DNA from: Amoebidium appalachense
Lineage: Eukaryota > Protista > Ichthyosporea
Length of the DNA stretch: 64,000 nt
Reading direction: 5' to 3'
Assembly: GCA_963693365.1 (NCBI GenBank)
Contig: CAVNZM010000002.1
Coordinates: 12,456,328-12,520,327 of the forward strand
In this document: one piece after another, positions 40,643 to 52,663 of the stretch
How the letters are laid out: each line of letters begins with the position of its first letter
How positions within the stretch are numbered: the stretch's first letter is position 1
The notes under the pieces: model-generated
Seen by the model: the letters and a program-made list of their open reading frames with translations, nothing else
What the model was told of the DNA's origin: nothing
The model's database searches: none
Program-made: the position numbers and the translations under genes

Positions 40643-43216
40643 TCATGTAGCCGGGTTGATGCACAGCAACGGGGGGGGCCGGCAGCAAGGGTTGTTGGCC
40701 AGTGGGGGGGGGGGGCTCGGGGGAGGCACGGGTTCAACCGGGGCTGGTTGGTTGTGCCAGGACGGTTGGGAGATGACCACAGACGGAGTTTCATCGTCGT
40801 CGTCGGAGGGGGGGTCCAATGTCGGCAGATCGGGTTTGGGGGGAACGGAGACCTGATTGGTGCTGCCCGTGAATTTCGACTCGTCGAAGATCACATCACG
40901 GCAGATCTTGATTTGGTTGCAGGCATGGTCGAGGATCTTGTGTGCCTTGGAGGGTAGGTCCCAGCCGACGTAGGTGCCGACTCTGACGGTTGATGCCAGC
41001 TTGTTCCTCTTTGACCGGGGAACATGCACATAGGCAGGGGAGCCGAACACGTGGAGCTGGGAGACGTCGGGTTTGAAGCCGTGGAAGGCCTCGAAGGGAG
41101 TGTTGCCGTTGGCAGCAGATGACGGTGTGACGTTGATGATGTAGCTTGTATGCTTGAGAGCAGCAACCCACAACTTGGGAGAGAGAGGTTGGTCCTTGTC
41201 GGCATGGAGGAAGCAACGGACTGTCTCTTGCAGTTCTCTCATCTTCCGTTCAACAACACCATTGTGTTGTGGTGTGTCGACGGGGGCAAACTCCATGATG
41301 ATGCCTTTCTGCTTGCAGTAGGCCTCGGTGTCCTTGGAGGTGAACTCAGAGCCGGAGTCAAACCGAAGATGGGTGACGATCTCAGGTGTCTGACGTTCGA
41401 TGGTTTCAACGAGAGACTGAATGTGGCTGAGGGTTTCACCACGGTTGTAAAGGGGGAACACGGTGGTGTAACCGGTGGCATCACAAACACACACCAGAGC
41501 AACCTTGTAGCCTCCGTAGGAAGCACAGGGAGCTTCGAAGAAGTCCAGGTGCCACTTAGCACCGGGAATGGTGAACTTGGAACGGGTGCCGGGAAAGGGG
41601 GCCTTGGTGGTCTTGCCAGACATGCAGCCGAAGCAGTCACTGTTGTCGGGTGACTTGAGGGAGGGGGGCATGCCGATGTCAAGCTCATCCTTGGCCATCC
41701 TGGTGACGGTGGAGAGGGCACGGTGGCCGAGACGGTTGTGCCAAAGGGTGAGGTCGTCGGGTGGTTGAGTCCTTGCTGTGTAGGCTTGGACCCCCGGGTG
41801 TTTAGGAGTCTCAATCACATAGTCAGTGATGTAGTAGAGACCGTCGAGGGGGGTGAGATCTGTAATAATGTCACCATTACGGCTGTAGAGGAACGACGGG
41901 TGGTTGTCTGTATCGTCACAATGACCTAGGAGGCCGGCAGCTGATGCCATGGAGGTAGACACGAGGAAAGACGGTGCCTCGGGTACGTAGTAAGCATTGA
42001 TGCTGCACGGTGTTGGGTGGCCGTTGTAGTGCAGTGTCATGTTGATGATGCCACGTTGTTTGGCATTGACTGTGCCGAGGCCGTGAATGGGGGTGGGAGG
42101 ACACGGGGTAAGGGAGGAGAAATACTCCTTGATGGGGCAGATGTGTGCATTACAAGCACTGTCCCAGACGGGGTCGTTACTGTCAGGTGTGCCGGTGGAG
42201 GAGATGAGTGCAAATTTCACACTCTTGTCACCTTTCTCCTGCTTGGCACGACGAGCAACTGTGCAGCCAGGCTCCGGGCATGCTGTGATGTGGTGGGGCT
42301 CATGGCAGTAGGAACACTTCACACTGTTGGTGTTGTGCTGTCGGTTACGGTTGTCCCTGTTACCACGGTGGTAAGGGGAAGTTGAACGGGGGCCGGGTGA
42401 CTTGGAGGGAGGACGAGGATCACGGGAACGGGACGGGGAACGGTGAGGTGTATGCTCACGTCGAGGAATACGGTTACGGAGGTCACCGGGGGGAAGCACT
42501 CTGCTCTGGAGTGCACGGAGGGGACGGTTGTTGACGGTTGCACCTGTGCCTGCGTCGATGAGGCCGGCACGGATTTCAGCTCCTCGGATGTCACTGATGA
42601 GCATGTTGAAGGACGGGTAGGCCTTGTTGTTCATCCAGTAGTCGGAGCAGAGACGTTCAATGTCGGGGCAGACCAGGGCTGTGTTCTTCCGGATGTGGAG
42701 GAAGAACTTACGTACGACATCCTTGTGCTGGACGGGTTCGTCGAGGCAGGCAAGTGTCGTAGCCAGACGTTGGAGACGGGTGAGGTATGCTGTGACGTTG
42801 GGGTAGTCTCGTAGTTCAAGCTCCTCGAAGGTGACTTGAATCTGGGTGACTCGGGCCTCCTTCTCTGATACATACGCCATACGTAGGTTGTGGAAGACTT
42901 CACCACCGTGGACACCGTCTTGCATCCGGCCGGAGTCGTAGAGCTCGGTCGGGTGGACGGACTGGTTGAGGATCTGGTCGAGGACGTCGGAAGCTTTCTT
43001 GTAGGAGTCCTTGGTGGTGTAGCCTAGCCACTGGTTGGCTTCAGCGCCGTCAACCCACTGTGGCCTCTTGATAGCGTCAACGAATTTCTCGGCAATGGTG
43101 GTTCTAATGAACCGGTGAATGAGTGGCTCCCACTCGAAATAATTAAGACGTTTCTCGTCTCGTTTCTCGGACGGATTCCATATTGGAAGGTTGATATACG
43201 ACGGTTTGTCAGTCAT
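40643..43216 (-). CDS. gag-pol: Copia gag-protease-integrase polyprotein (family A)
   Basis: CSYCHEPHHITAC zinc knuckle, WDSAC protease, HNRLGH..CFGC, and DDE core (LDFF, FDSGSEF, NGVVER). Confidence 0.9.
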   Translation of the reverse strand: MTDKPSYINLPIWNPSEKRDEKRLNYFEWEPLIHRFIRTTIAEKFVDAIKRPQWVDGAEANQWLGYTTKDSYKKASDVLDQILNQSVHPTELYDSGRMQDGVHGGEVFHNLRMAYVSEKEARVTQIQVTFEELELRDYPNVTAYLTRLQRLATTLACLDEPVQHKDVVRKFFLHIRKNTALVCPDIERLCSDYWMNNKAYPSFNMLISDIRGAEIRAGLIDAGTGATVNNRPLRALQSRVLPPGDLRNRIPRREHTPHRSPSRSRDPRPPSKSPGPRSTSPYHRGNRDNRNRQHNTNSVKCSYCHEPHHITACPEPGCTVARRAKQEKGDKSVKFALISSTGTPDSNDPVWDSACNAHICPIKEYFSSLTPCPPTPIHGLGTVNAKQRGIINMTLHYNGHPTPCSINAYYVPEAPSFLVSTSMASAAGLLGHCDDTDNHPSFLYSRNGDIITDLTPLDGLYYITDYVIETPKHPGVQAYTARTQPPDDLTLWHNRLGHRALSTVTRMAKDELDIGMPPSLKSPDNSDCFGCMSGKTTKAPFPGTRSKFTIPGAKWHLDFFEAPCASYGGYKVALVCVCDATGYTTVFPLYNRGETLSHIQSLVETIERQTPEIVTHLRFDSGSEFTSKDTEAYCKQKGIIMEFAPVDTPQHNGVVERKMRELQETVRCFLHADKDQPLSPKLWVAALKHTSYIINVTPSSAANGNTPFEAFHGFKPDVSQLHVFGSPAYVHVPRSKRNKLASTVRVGTYVGWDLPSKAHKILDHACNQIKICRDVIFDESKFTGSTNQVSVPPKPDLPTLDPPSDDDDETPSVVISQPSWHNQPAPVEPVPPPSPPPPLANNPCCRPPPLLCINPAT

Positions 43217-44981
43217 GATTGAAGCAGTAAGACTGAGAGATTTTCGCGGTTGTAGCGAGATTGTGTGTTAGCGTGCAAAGGGGCCGTAAACCTGTTATTT
43301 TGTGTGGGTAAACGGAGAAGCAGAGAGCACAGATGGGTGTTATGTAAAACACAACACAAAGACACACGGGAAAAACACAACCGGAGAGGAGGAACGATTT
43401 CTGGAACCATAGGAAGTGAATACGACTGCTTATGATTTATTTCAAGATGAGGTCCCTTTTATACTTGGGAATGTGAAACGATAAACCAATCAAAAGAATG
43501 AAAACTATGAGTGTAAAATATATCGAATAAAATGTCTGTCGACATTTAGAATATAAAACTCAATCCTCTAACGAAAGAAACTTCTAATAAAAGCACGGAA
43601 ACATTTAATAAAATGAAACCACTTATGTAACTATTAATTCATAACATATATTTATACATGTTCTTATCATAACACGTCTAAATATAATTTTTTCCTAATA
43701 GTTGAAGAACATAGCACAATGCTACGTCGTGGGAAAGGAATGAGAAAGGAATGTAAGTTACTATATTTGGGAAAATACAAACGAGATATGATTGGATGAC
43801 ATATATAGATTTTGACGCAAACGACAATACGTGTGCGCGAGCTAAGTATGTCGATACGTACACAGATCTAAGATGTCGTGTACACGGAAACGGAAAAGAA
43901 AGAAAGAAATGAAGAAAGGAAAAGGAAACAAACTACAACAACTAATAAATAAATACCAAACTCAACTTCTAAGTCTTGCTGAGAATTAAGTGAAGATGAC
44001 ACTCTCCCCTAACCCCCCCACTCTCCCCTAACCCCCCACTCCCCCCTCCCACCCCGCTCCCTACCCGCTCGCCTTCTCCCGTTCCTGTCCTTGCTCTGGA
44101 ATTCAATCCCATTAGATTCTTCGCCCCCTCTACCCACACCGGAACATAATAAGAGCTCTACCAAAAGCACACAATGTGACACAAGCACTGGCGTACCCCA
44201 TATACTATGCACCAGAATCCCCTTATACTCCTGAAATTTCGGCGACAAACCTCTACGCGCCTGTCCGTGCCTCTACCTCACACTCTCTTTAAACCAACTC
44301 AAAATTTCAGCGCGCTTCCCTGTTCCTATTCTTGTGTGACCTATAGCATGCCTCCGCGGGAAGCATTGGTTAGGTTTAAAAAAAATTTAATTTTATTTTT
44401 AATCAGCACCGCTTCCTTGTGGTTGGTACCTCCCCCAAGACTAGAGGCCTATATATATATTTCTATGTCTTTCTAGACTGTATCAGAGCTCGATCGAACT
44501 CGTAACAGACATAGCAGAACGATCGGGCTGCACTATTTACAAAAAGATAAGGGGGCTTGTTTTAGCAATCTGCCGTGTTGATCTAGGGGGATTCCGGTTA
44601 CGAAATTTTATCGACTTATTGGAATGATAACCCACCGAACTTGAATACTGTATTGAAACCCTTTTTTTTTTCTCTTTGGCTTCTGAGTACCCTCCCGCCC
44701 CTAAAATCTACCTAAATTTCATTGTGGTTGCCAGTGTGATGAATGGTCAACAATTTAGAGGCAACCTGCCGAAGGCAAAACATTTGCAGGACGTGCAGTA
44801 GTATGTGTTAAAGTTCAAAATACTGTGTGGGTGTGGGTGTGTGTGTGTGTGTGGGGAGGGGGGGGGGGGGGGGGGGGGAGGGGGGGGGGAGGGGGCCGGG
44901 AGGCGGGGGGGATCGAGGAGAAGTGGGTGAGGAGAGAGGGTGTGTTCCTTTTTTTTCGGTTATTCCAACCTCGCGAGAATC

Positions 44982-45055
44982 GGCCTTTTAGCTCAGTCGG
45001 TTAGAGCGTGGTGCTAATAACGCCAAGGTCACAGGTTCGATCCCTGTAAGGGCCA
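44982..45055 (+). tRNA. trnI: tRNA-Ile(AAT)
   Basis: GGCCTTT/AGGGCC acceptor stem, TAGCTCAGTCGG A-box, anticodon loop CT-AAT-AA, GGTTCGATCC B-box, downstream T-run. Confidence 0.95.
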
Positions 45056-45351
45056 CGTTTTTTACCTTTTTTTTTTTATCATGATACCCCATGGTCCACC
45101 CACGAAAAAAGGGTTTATTGTGGGGGGACTAGTCTGGGCAGAGGGGTAGGATACGATAGTTTTCGTTTCCCGAATGGAAAAAAAGGGAGAACCAATGTGT
45201 TCGCAAATGGGGAAAAAAAATAACCCACCCACGGGGGGGAAGGGGGAACGTGGATCCGGAGGTGCCACGGTGAGGGAGGGACTCGGAAAGGGGGGGGGGG
45301 GGGGGGGGGGGCTCGGGGAGGGTTAGGATGGAATGATTTTCGTTTCCCGAG

Positions 45352-46575
45352 GAGGTTTACATGGTCTCTCTTTTGGGAAGGAATGGAGCACTGCCCCTCG
45401 TGTGCATGTGTGGCTTACTGCGTTTTCCAGCATGGACACACACATTACAAGTAGCCTCAATATATCCGTTTTAAGATGACTATCCTAGATCACCTTATTA
45501 ATGCTGCACAGTATGATATTGTGATCCGGTGCCTTAGCTTTCTGTCGGAGCTACCGATGCTAGCATCTGCTTACCCATAATATGTAATAGGGGTGTCAGA
45601 TACTACGATGGCGCTCATTTTTGCCTAGCATGTACATATGTCACTGGCTGCATTTGATTGGCTGTGCTGGAAAACGCAGTAGGCCGTCGAATGTGGCCCG
45701 TCTTCTCATCTTTGAGACTCTCTTTCACTGTGTGCAGGTGCGACTTGATTGTTTCGCCCCGCCGCGTCAGAAAACTCCTCTCCACCGTCATCCCCGTCCG
45801 TATTATCTTCTCCCCTCTTCCTCCCCTTCATCCTCGTCTACCCGGTACGCATCTGCTGCTGCATTTAGCAAAGGTTCCTCGTCGGGTTGCACCTGTATGT
45901 CTGGTGGGTGTGGAGCAGGGGCCCGATCCATTTCTCTTGGTAACGAATGGACGCTACCTGCCTCAACTACACGGGCCCTTATGTCGGCGGCCTTAGATAG
46001 AGGGGGCTGTTCGGGTTGTACGTTTACGTTTAGTTCCTGCAAAACAGCTTTGTTTGCCGTCCCAAAACCTGCAAAGTTCGCTAAAGGCTGAACAAATGCA
46101 GCATCTTTTTTTTTGCGCCCAGCTCCCTCCCCTAGCTCCGCCTGTTTTATGCCCAGGGCGCTGTGTTGTGCCCTTAGGGCAGCCTGGCTTCATTTTAAAC
46201 ACTTGGGGCCTGGCCCCCTGCCCCCCTAGTGCGACTACGTTACCGCAAACATTCCCGTATTCCAGTGTGCTCGGCAATGCTGCTCATGGCCTTCCCGGAC
46301 TGGTTGTGACCAGTAAAGAGCGCGCCAATTCCTGACCGCCGCCTACAGCAGTGTATGATCTGTTATCCATATTCGGCAAAAGGGGTCTTGCCCAACCAAT
46401 GGCTTGAATCCTTGTAACTTTGCTTTATCCATATAAGGTTAGCTGAACACCCCCCTCCAATCATACCCCCCCCTTCTCTCTAGTAGTAGCTCCTGGCATG
46501 CCGCACCCCCCTCGAATGGTGGCTGGGCCTCCGGCAATGTGGCAATGTCCACGCAATAAAAAGTGTGTAAACCCC
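45352..46575. mobile_element. DNA-transposon remnant, same family as 1415-3627
   Basis: GAGGTTTACA...TGTAAACCCC ends; 153-bp block shared with 3431-3583; decayed minus-strand coding-like sequence inside. Confidence 0.5.
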
Positions 46576-46661
46576 ACGAGGGCGCCCCCCACAAGAGCTA
46601 CATTCCCCGAAAATTTTCAATGAAGGGAAGAATCAATGCAGTCCATGAGGGGGAAAAAAAA

Positions 46662-46735
46662 TGGCCCTTACAGGGATCGAAACTGTGACCTTGGCGTTAT
46701 TAGCACCACGCTCTAACCGACTGAGCTAAAAGGCC
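46662..46735 (-). tRNA. trnI: tRNA-Ile(AAT), B-box variant (possible pseudogene)
   Basis: Same as the other copies except GGTTCGA is GTTTCGA (G53T). Confidence 0.8.
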
Positions 46736-47276
46736 TCGATGCCTGAAAGAGGAAAAAAACATTCTGACGTACTTGAGCGGAGCTGGAAGGGCCCGGAAGG
46801 TGGGCCAGGCCGGGAGGGGAGGTGTCACTCAGGTGTGTGAATGAAAGTCCTCGTACGCGTATTTCAAATTGTTCCAGAGCACCGGCATTTTGGAGCCCGT
46901 GCATTTGTGTTTGTGTAGGGTTTAATTGTGTGCACAGGTGCACTTGTGGGTTTGGCGGGGCACGTTTTTGGTGGCGGTGGTGGTGGTGTACATGTGTGTG
47001 TATGGGTATCTACTTCAGGGGAGGGGGAGGAGAGGGGGAGGGAGAGGGGGGGGGGGGGGGGGGGGGGGGGGTATGATATCGGTTGCCCACAATCGCACCC
47101 ACAACCAAGCTCCAAAATTAATACAAAAAAATGTGTTGCGAGAGGAGGAGAGGCAACCTATTAATGAGAGTGGAGCATCCACCCGTCCACCGTTGTCCTG
47201 CCTCCCCCCTCCCCCCTTTCCCCCTCCACAGCCACGGGGTTACCGGCAAACATGTAACAAAAGAAGTAAAAAAGCA

Positions 47277-47350
47277 TGGCCCTTACAGGGATCGAACCTG
47301 TGACCTTGGCGTTATTAGCACCACGCTCTAACCGACTGAGCTAAAAGGCC
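47277..47350 (-). tRNA. trnI: tRNA-Ile(AAT)
   Basis: Reverse complement of 44982-45055; T-run downstream. Confidence 0.95.
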
Positions 47351-47881
47351 TCGTTGTACCCGATTCAAGGAAAAATGATGAATTTTTGAGATATATACGA
47401 TCCCGTTTGGGGGCTCTTAAGCTTAAGGCTTTTTTGATTTTGAAACGGGGACGGGGGTAGTAGTAAGTTTGGGGGGGGGGGGGGGGGGGGGGGGGAACCA
47501 CCACCCCCCCGAAGGGGTAGGTCCCCACCACCCCCCGTTGGCTAGGGAAGAGGGGGGGGGGGGGGGGAGGGGGGGACCCACCACCCCCCTGAGTAGGTGC
47601 CGGGGGGGGGGGGGAACCCACCACCACCCAGGGGGGGGAAGGGGGGGGGATAGGAGGGCGGAGGAGGGGGCTACCCAAATATGACTAAATTAAATTAGTA
47701 TGTATATTGGACACCAACTTGAAAACATGTTGGCATTGGCACATAGTATATCCACTAATTGGTATCAATTATCAGGCCCTGGGTCAAATTGGACCTGCTT
47801 ACTAGCTAGGCATCCCCCTCCCCCTCCTCCCCCTCCCCCCCACCCTCCCCTCCCCTCTCTAGCTACGCCCCCTCCTAAGAT

Positions 47882-48807
47882 TGTTGTAATACGTAGTATT
47901 TACATATGGTAAGATCTTCTCAGTTTGTGTTATGTTTCAGTTCATATGCTTAGTGTAAATGCCACACTCCTATTATGTAAAGTGTAGCATCGATCTCCGA
48001 TATGCTTGTATACTTGTAATCGTGTTGTATCGGCTTTAATCGTGTATTGTAATATCGATTAGAATATTTATATGTGTGTACACGGATCCACCCACTCAGG
48101 GAGAGACGTGTACATGTTCGTGTGTACATAAATATCTCTGGTTATAGTTATGCTATTACTATCTTGTTTGTTGATCTGTGCTCTCTTTTCCTTCCTCTTT
48201 CTCCTTCCTTATTTTCTTTTCTTTCTCTCCTTGTCTTCATGTGTATAATCGTATTTCTTTTCTACTAATATATGTTAGGTAGATTTGTGTTACTTAATAC
48301 GTGTTCATTGGACGGTAACACACTTAGGCTACACTTAGAATAGCATGTGTGTTTAGACTTCATTAATTCACTTTAGTTTTCATGTGTTGCCGGGCTTTAA
48401 CCAATCATCAAGGTTAAGTGTGATATGTCTGAGTCTTTGCAGTATGTCATAGGTTAGAACTTCCTTGATGATGACACGAGTTGATCCTAACTAGTGTCTG
48501 TGTCCTATCGTGTACGCCTCCGCGTACCGGATCTCTCTGAAAGCAATTGGTTCTTAGTGATTGGTTTCTATTAGAGATGGATCTGATTTCCGACTGGTCG
48601 GAAATCATGTATGGATTGGACTTAGAGGAATTTCAGGTATTTATTCGAAGATCAGAATAAATTCAGTTCAGTCGTGTCTAAACATTGATGTCTGTTGTGT
48701 ACACTGCTCCGATCGTTCCGTGTTTTGTTGTTGTGTGTGTCTGTGGTGTTTTCACACTGCACCACTGTGTCTCTGCTTACATCCTAAATACTTATAGAAA
48801 TTTAACA
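47882..48807 (+). mobile_element. Solo Copia LTR (family B-related)
   Basis: TG...CA ends; 5-bp TSD AAGAT (47877-47881, 48808-48812); termini closely match the LTRs at 51667 and 61695. Confidence 0.93.
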
Positions 48808-50244
48808 AAGATCTCATACCGAGACCGCAATGACTGGTTGCTCAGACATGACCACTGAATGATTTTCTCGACAATGTACAGTAAAGCACCCTTGCACACG
48901 CAGGCACACATACGTGCGCGCACGCTTTCCAATACGCTCATGATCACAGACTGCCGTAGGGTAATATGCTATTCTCTGTGGTGGCACATATTATGCGCGC
49001 GCACACACGTGGCACACATTCGGAATTCCTTTTTTCCTCTCTAACTGCTTCACCTTATCCCCCCCCCCCCCCCCCCTCCCCCCCCCCACCCCCACCATCA
49101 CACCACCAACACCACCACCGCGCCCTCTTTTTCGCTCTTTATCTATCCCCCCCCCCCCCCCCCCCTCCCCCCACGACCACCTCCATCACACCACCACCAC
49201 CACCACCGCGCCCTCTTTTTCGCTCTTTATCTATTCCCCCCCCCCCCCCCCCCCCCCCCCCCGGTTATTTGTCTGACACAATTTCAACCATGCATCATGC
49301 GCCATCATGCATGCTCATCATTTGCAATTGAACAACAGAAACACACACGCACATATTATGTCAATTCAGACAGACACGTGCAGATTTGTGTCAGAGAATT
49401 TGGGAGCTATCTCAATCACTGACACACACACACACAACACACGCACACATATGCACACAAACTCACACACAGGCAAACACGCACTGAGACACAAATGCTG
49501 TTGTTTTGTACGGGTCTAAGGGAGCAGAGTGCACAGAGGTGTCATGTAAAAACACGACTAACACATTAATGAGAGGGCAATCGGAGTTGTTCACGAGACA
49601 TTGAAAGATTTCAAACAACAACTGAATCTTTATTGTGCTCTCGGTTCCTTTTGTACTTGCGACTTATCACCTTATCACAACTAAAGAGGGAGAACCAATC
49701 GGTTCTATCAGAAGATAGAAAAACACATTCCGACAGAGCATACGCATTCCAACTTCCGATTAAACTAAAGTGTAGAAACTCTTACTTAAATAAATTAAGT
49801 AATTATACATCTAGTCAATATTAACTCACATATATATTTATGTTCGTCTCTATAAAGAAACTTATTTAAATACATATATTTCCTAACAGTCGACACTCTC
49901 AAAGTGAAGACACTTTGCAATAAACCGAATTCCATATATATCTATTGTCCAATCACAACACACATATATTAACAGACAGGAATGCACAACACAATCTACA
50001 GATGTACTCGCTCGCGACTATTGGCGAGCCATCCTTTTGAGAACAAACTAGGCCATTTTGAAATAAAGGAAAGACAACGAGTGAGGCTAGCCAATCACGC
50101 TACCTCTCAGATAAACAGAGGAGAGCAAATAGAAATAAAACACAATAAGTTCTTATCAGGCAAGAGAGCCAGGTGTGCACAGATCTACAGATATCTGTGC
50201 CCACAGAAACAAGGGAGAGAGAGATACGGGGGGGGGGGGGGGGG

Positions 50245-50334
<90 letters not shown>

Positions 50335-51148
50335 GAGCACAAAGGAGGAAAGCAGACACGAATACAAACAAGCTAGGACACATACATACTTCAAGGCTCT
50401 TGCTGTCATACATGGTGACGTATTCCAACATCCCCACTCAAGGGGTTGAAGTTTGTGTTCTCGTGTCTGTTGATGTGACGGTAGATGGGGTCCAAACACA
50501 GGAGGGGCCGTCACACTCAAGTTTCCCCACTCGAGGATGCAAACCGAAGATCCTTGAGGTGGGAAGGAGAGAATCAAAACTGAAGAGGCACACAACGACG
50601 GTTGCCTCTGAAGACTCGAAATAAGAAATCATGGTGGTTATCGGCGATATATATATATAGATAGGAAACACTAGTGTATGTGTGACGTGTTGGTGGCTAA
50701 TGGTTTATACTGGGGACCACCCAGGTAAACACAAGACATGAACATCTTGTGGACTGATTTATAGACTGGTGGTCAACCAGTTAAGACACGGGGAAGGTGC
50801 ATCCCGTGGACTAGGTTTAGACTGGCAGTCAACCAGCACGTCATGGCTATAGATAATTATTTATACTGGGACGCCATCCCAGTTCGACATATATATAAGT
50901 CGAATATAGAAGAAAACCAATATATATGGTGGGATATGAATATAAATAAACGACGGATGGTGGAGAATAATCCCCACTGAAGATGCACACATATGACGAT
51001 GGAAGACTGAGTCCCCACTGATGAAGAGAAACGATGAGGAGTAGTAGACTTTCGTTGGGAGGCATCTTGATCACCGTAGGTGTGTCAACTGCTGTCCAGG
51101 GCCCCAACCTACTCAGAAACCACTCGATGATGAACACCAGTGCACGGG

Positions 51149-51655
51149 TCAGTCACGGAGACTGAGGTTGGCACGGTGTGTGTCGTGGGCCGTACCAGCC
51201 AGAGGCTTGGTAAAGATGTCGGCCAGGTTCTTCTTGGTGTCGATGTAGGTGACAGTGACGTCCCCACTGTTGATGTAGTCCTTTGTGTTGAAGTAACGAA
51301 CGGCAATGTGCTTGGTCCGGTGCTTGATGGTGTTGGAGTGGACCAGAGCAATGGTGGACTGATTGTCACAGTACACGGGGGTGGGCTCGGTCATGGGGTA
51401 GCCCAGCTCCTTTAGTAGATCACGGTGCCAGACAACATCTTGCACGGCAGCATTGAGGGCCAGGAGCTCGGCCTCACACGTGGAGGTTGCAGTGATCGTC
51501 TGCAGCTTGGAGTGGTAGGTGACGGGGGAGCCTTCGAGGAGGATGACGTACCCAGACGTGGAACGACGGGTGGTGGGGCAACCAGCAAAGTCAGAATCCG
51601 AGTAGCACTCAAGGATGGGCACCTTGCTGTTGGGGGCCTTCTTCTTGTAGTAGGG
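51149..51655 (-). pseudogene. pol: Copia RNase H domain (family C)
   Basis: YSDSDFAG, CEAE, CDNQS, ADIFTK; separated from RT by the inserted element. Confidence 0.88.
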
Positions 51656-52663
51656 GGGGGGGGGGGTGTTATAATACGTAGTATTTACATATTGTAAGAT
51701 CTTCTCAGTTCGTGTTATGTTTTCATTCATTTACTTAATGAAAAAGATGTGCTCCTTGTACGTAAATTATGACATCGATCTCCAGTGTATTTGAGTACTT
51801 GTAATCGTGTTGTGTCGGCTATATTCGTGTGTTTAGATATCGATTACAGCAACTGATTATAGGTACACGAGTCTACCCAGTGAGGGAGACACGTGTACAT
51901 GTTATGTGTACATGAATATCTTCGGTTATAACTGTGTTTTGCTGTTCGTGTTTTCTGTCCTGCTTTCTTTTCTTTTTCCTCTTTCTTCGTCTTTTCTTTT
52001 CTCTTTCTTTCTTCTCTTGTTTCCTTTCATTTAATTATATTTCTCTCTCACTAATATACGTTGAGTAGATTTATATTACTCGTTATGTTTTGATTGGTAG
52101 AAAAACACTTAGGTTACACTTTAGCTTGTCAGGTATGATTCATAGCTTAGTCAACCACTTTTGTTTTGTGTGTTGCCGTACTATATCCAATCAGTGGACT
52201 TAGTCAGAAAATGTCTGAGTCTTTGTAGCCGATGATAGGTTAGAAACACCACCTCTTTCCTCGTTACTCTTCACCTCTTTTCTTTCTTATAGCTGTGACC
52301 TATGGTGTGTGTTCCCGCGTCTCCGGATCTATCCGGGAAATAATCAGTTAATTATGATTGGTTATTTTAGACATAGATCTGATTTCCGACTGGTCGGAAA
52401 TCATGTATGGATTTAACTTAAGGGAATTTCAGGTATTTATTAGCGATCAAAATAAATTGAGTTCAGTCGTGTCTAAACATTGATGTCTGTTGTGTACACT
52501 GCTCCGATCGTTCCGTGTTTTGTTGTTGTGTGTGTCTGTGGTGTTTTCACACTGCACCACTGTGTCTCTGCTTACATCCTAAATACTTATAGAATTTAAC
52601 AGGTTATGCAGCCCTTTTGCACGCTCCCTACACACATCTAGAACTCGCGCTCGTTTTTCAATC

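Larger units (their letters stand above)
38150..44001 (-). mobile_element. Ty1/Copia LTR retrotransposon, family A copy 1 (internal deletion in RT)
   Basis: LTRs 43293-44001 and 38150-38855 (TG...CA, nearly identical, one 3-bp indel seen). 5-bp TSD CTCTC (38145-38149, 44002-44006). PBS at 43270-43292. PPT TTGAGTGGGGA abutting the 3' LTR. Order gag-PR-IN-RT-RH. Confidence 0.96.

Noticed and set aside
51010-51040. CTGATGA...GAAA hammerhead-like core
   Set aside because: No room for stem II and no flanking helices.
51654-51666. TSD for the family B element
   Set aside because: The left flank is poly-G and does not match AGTGG on the right, so it cannot be called.
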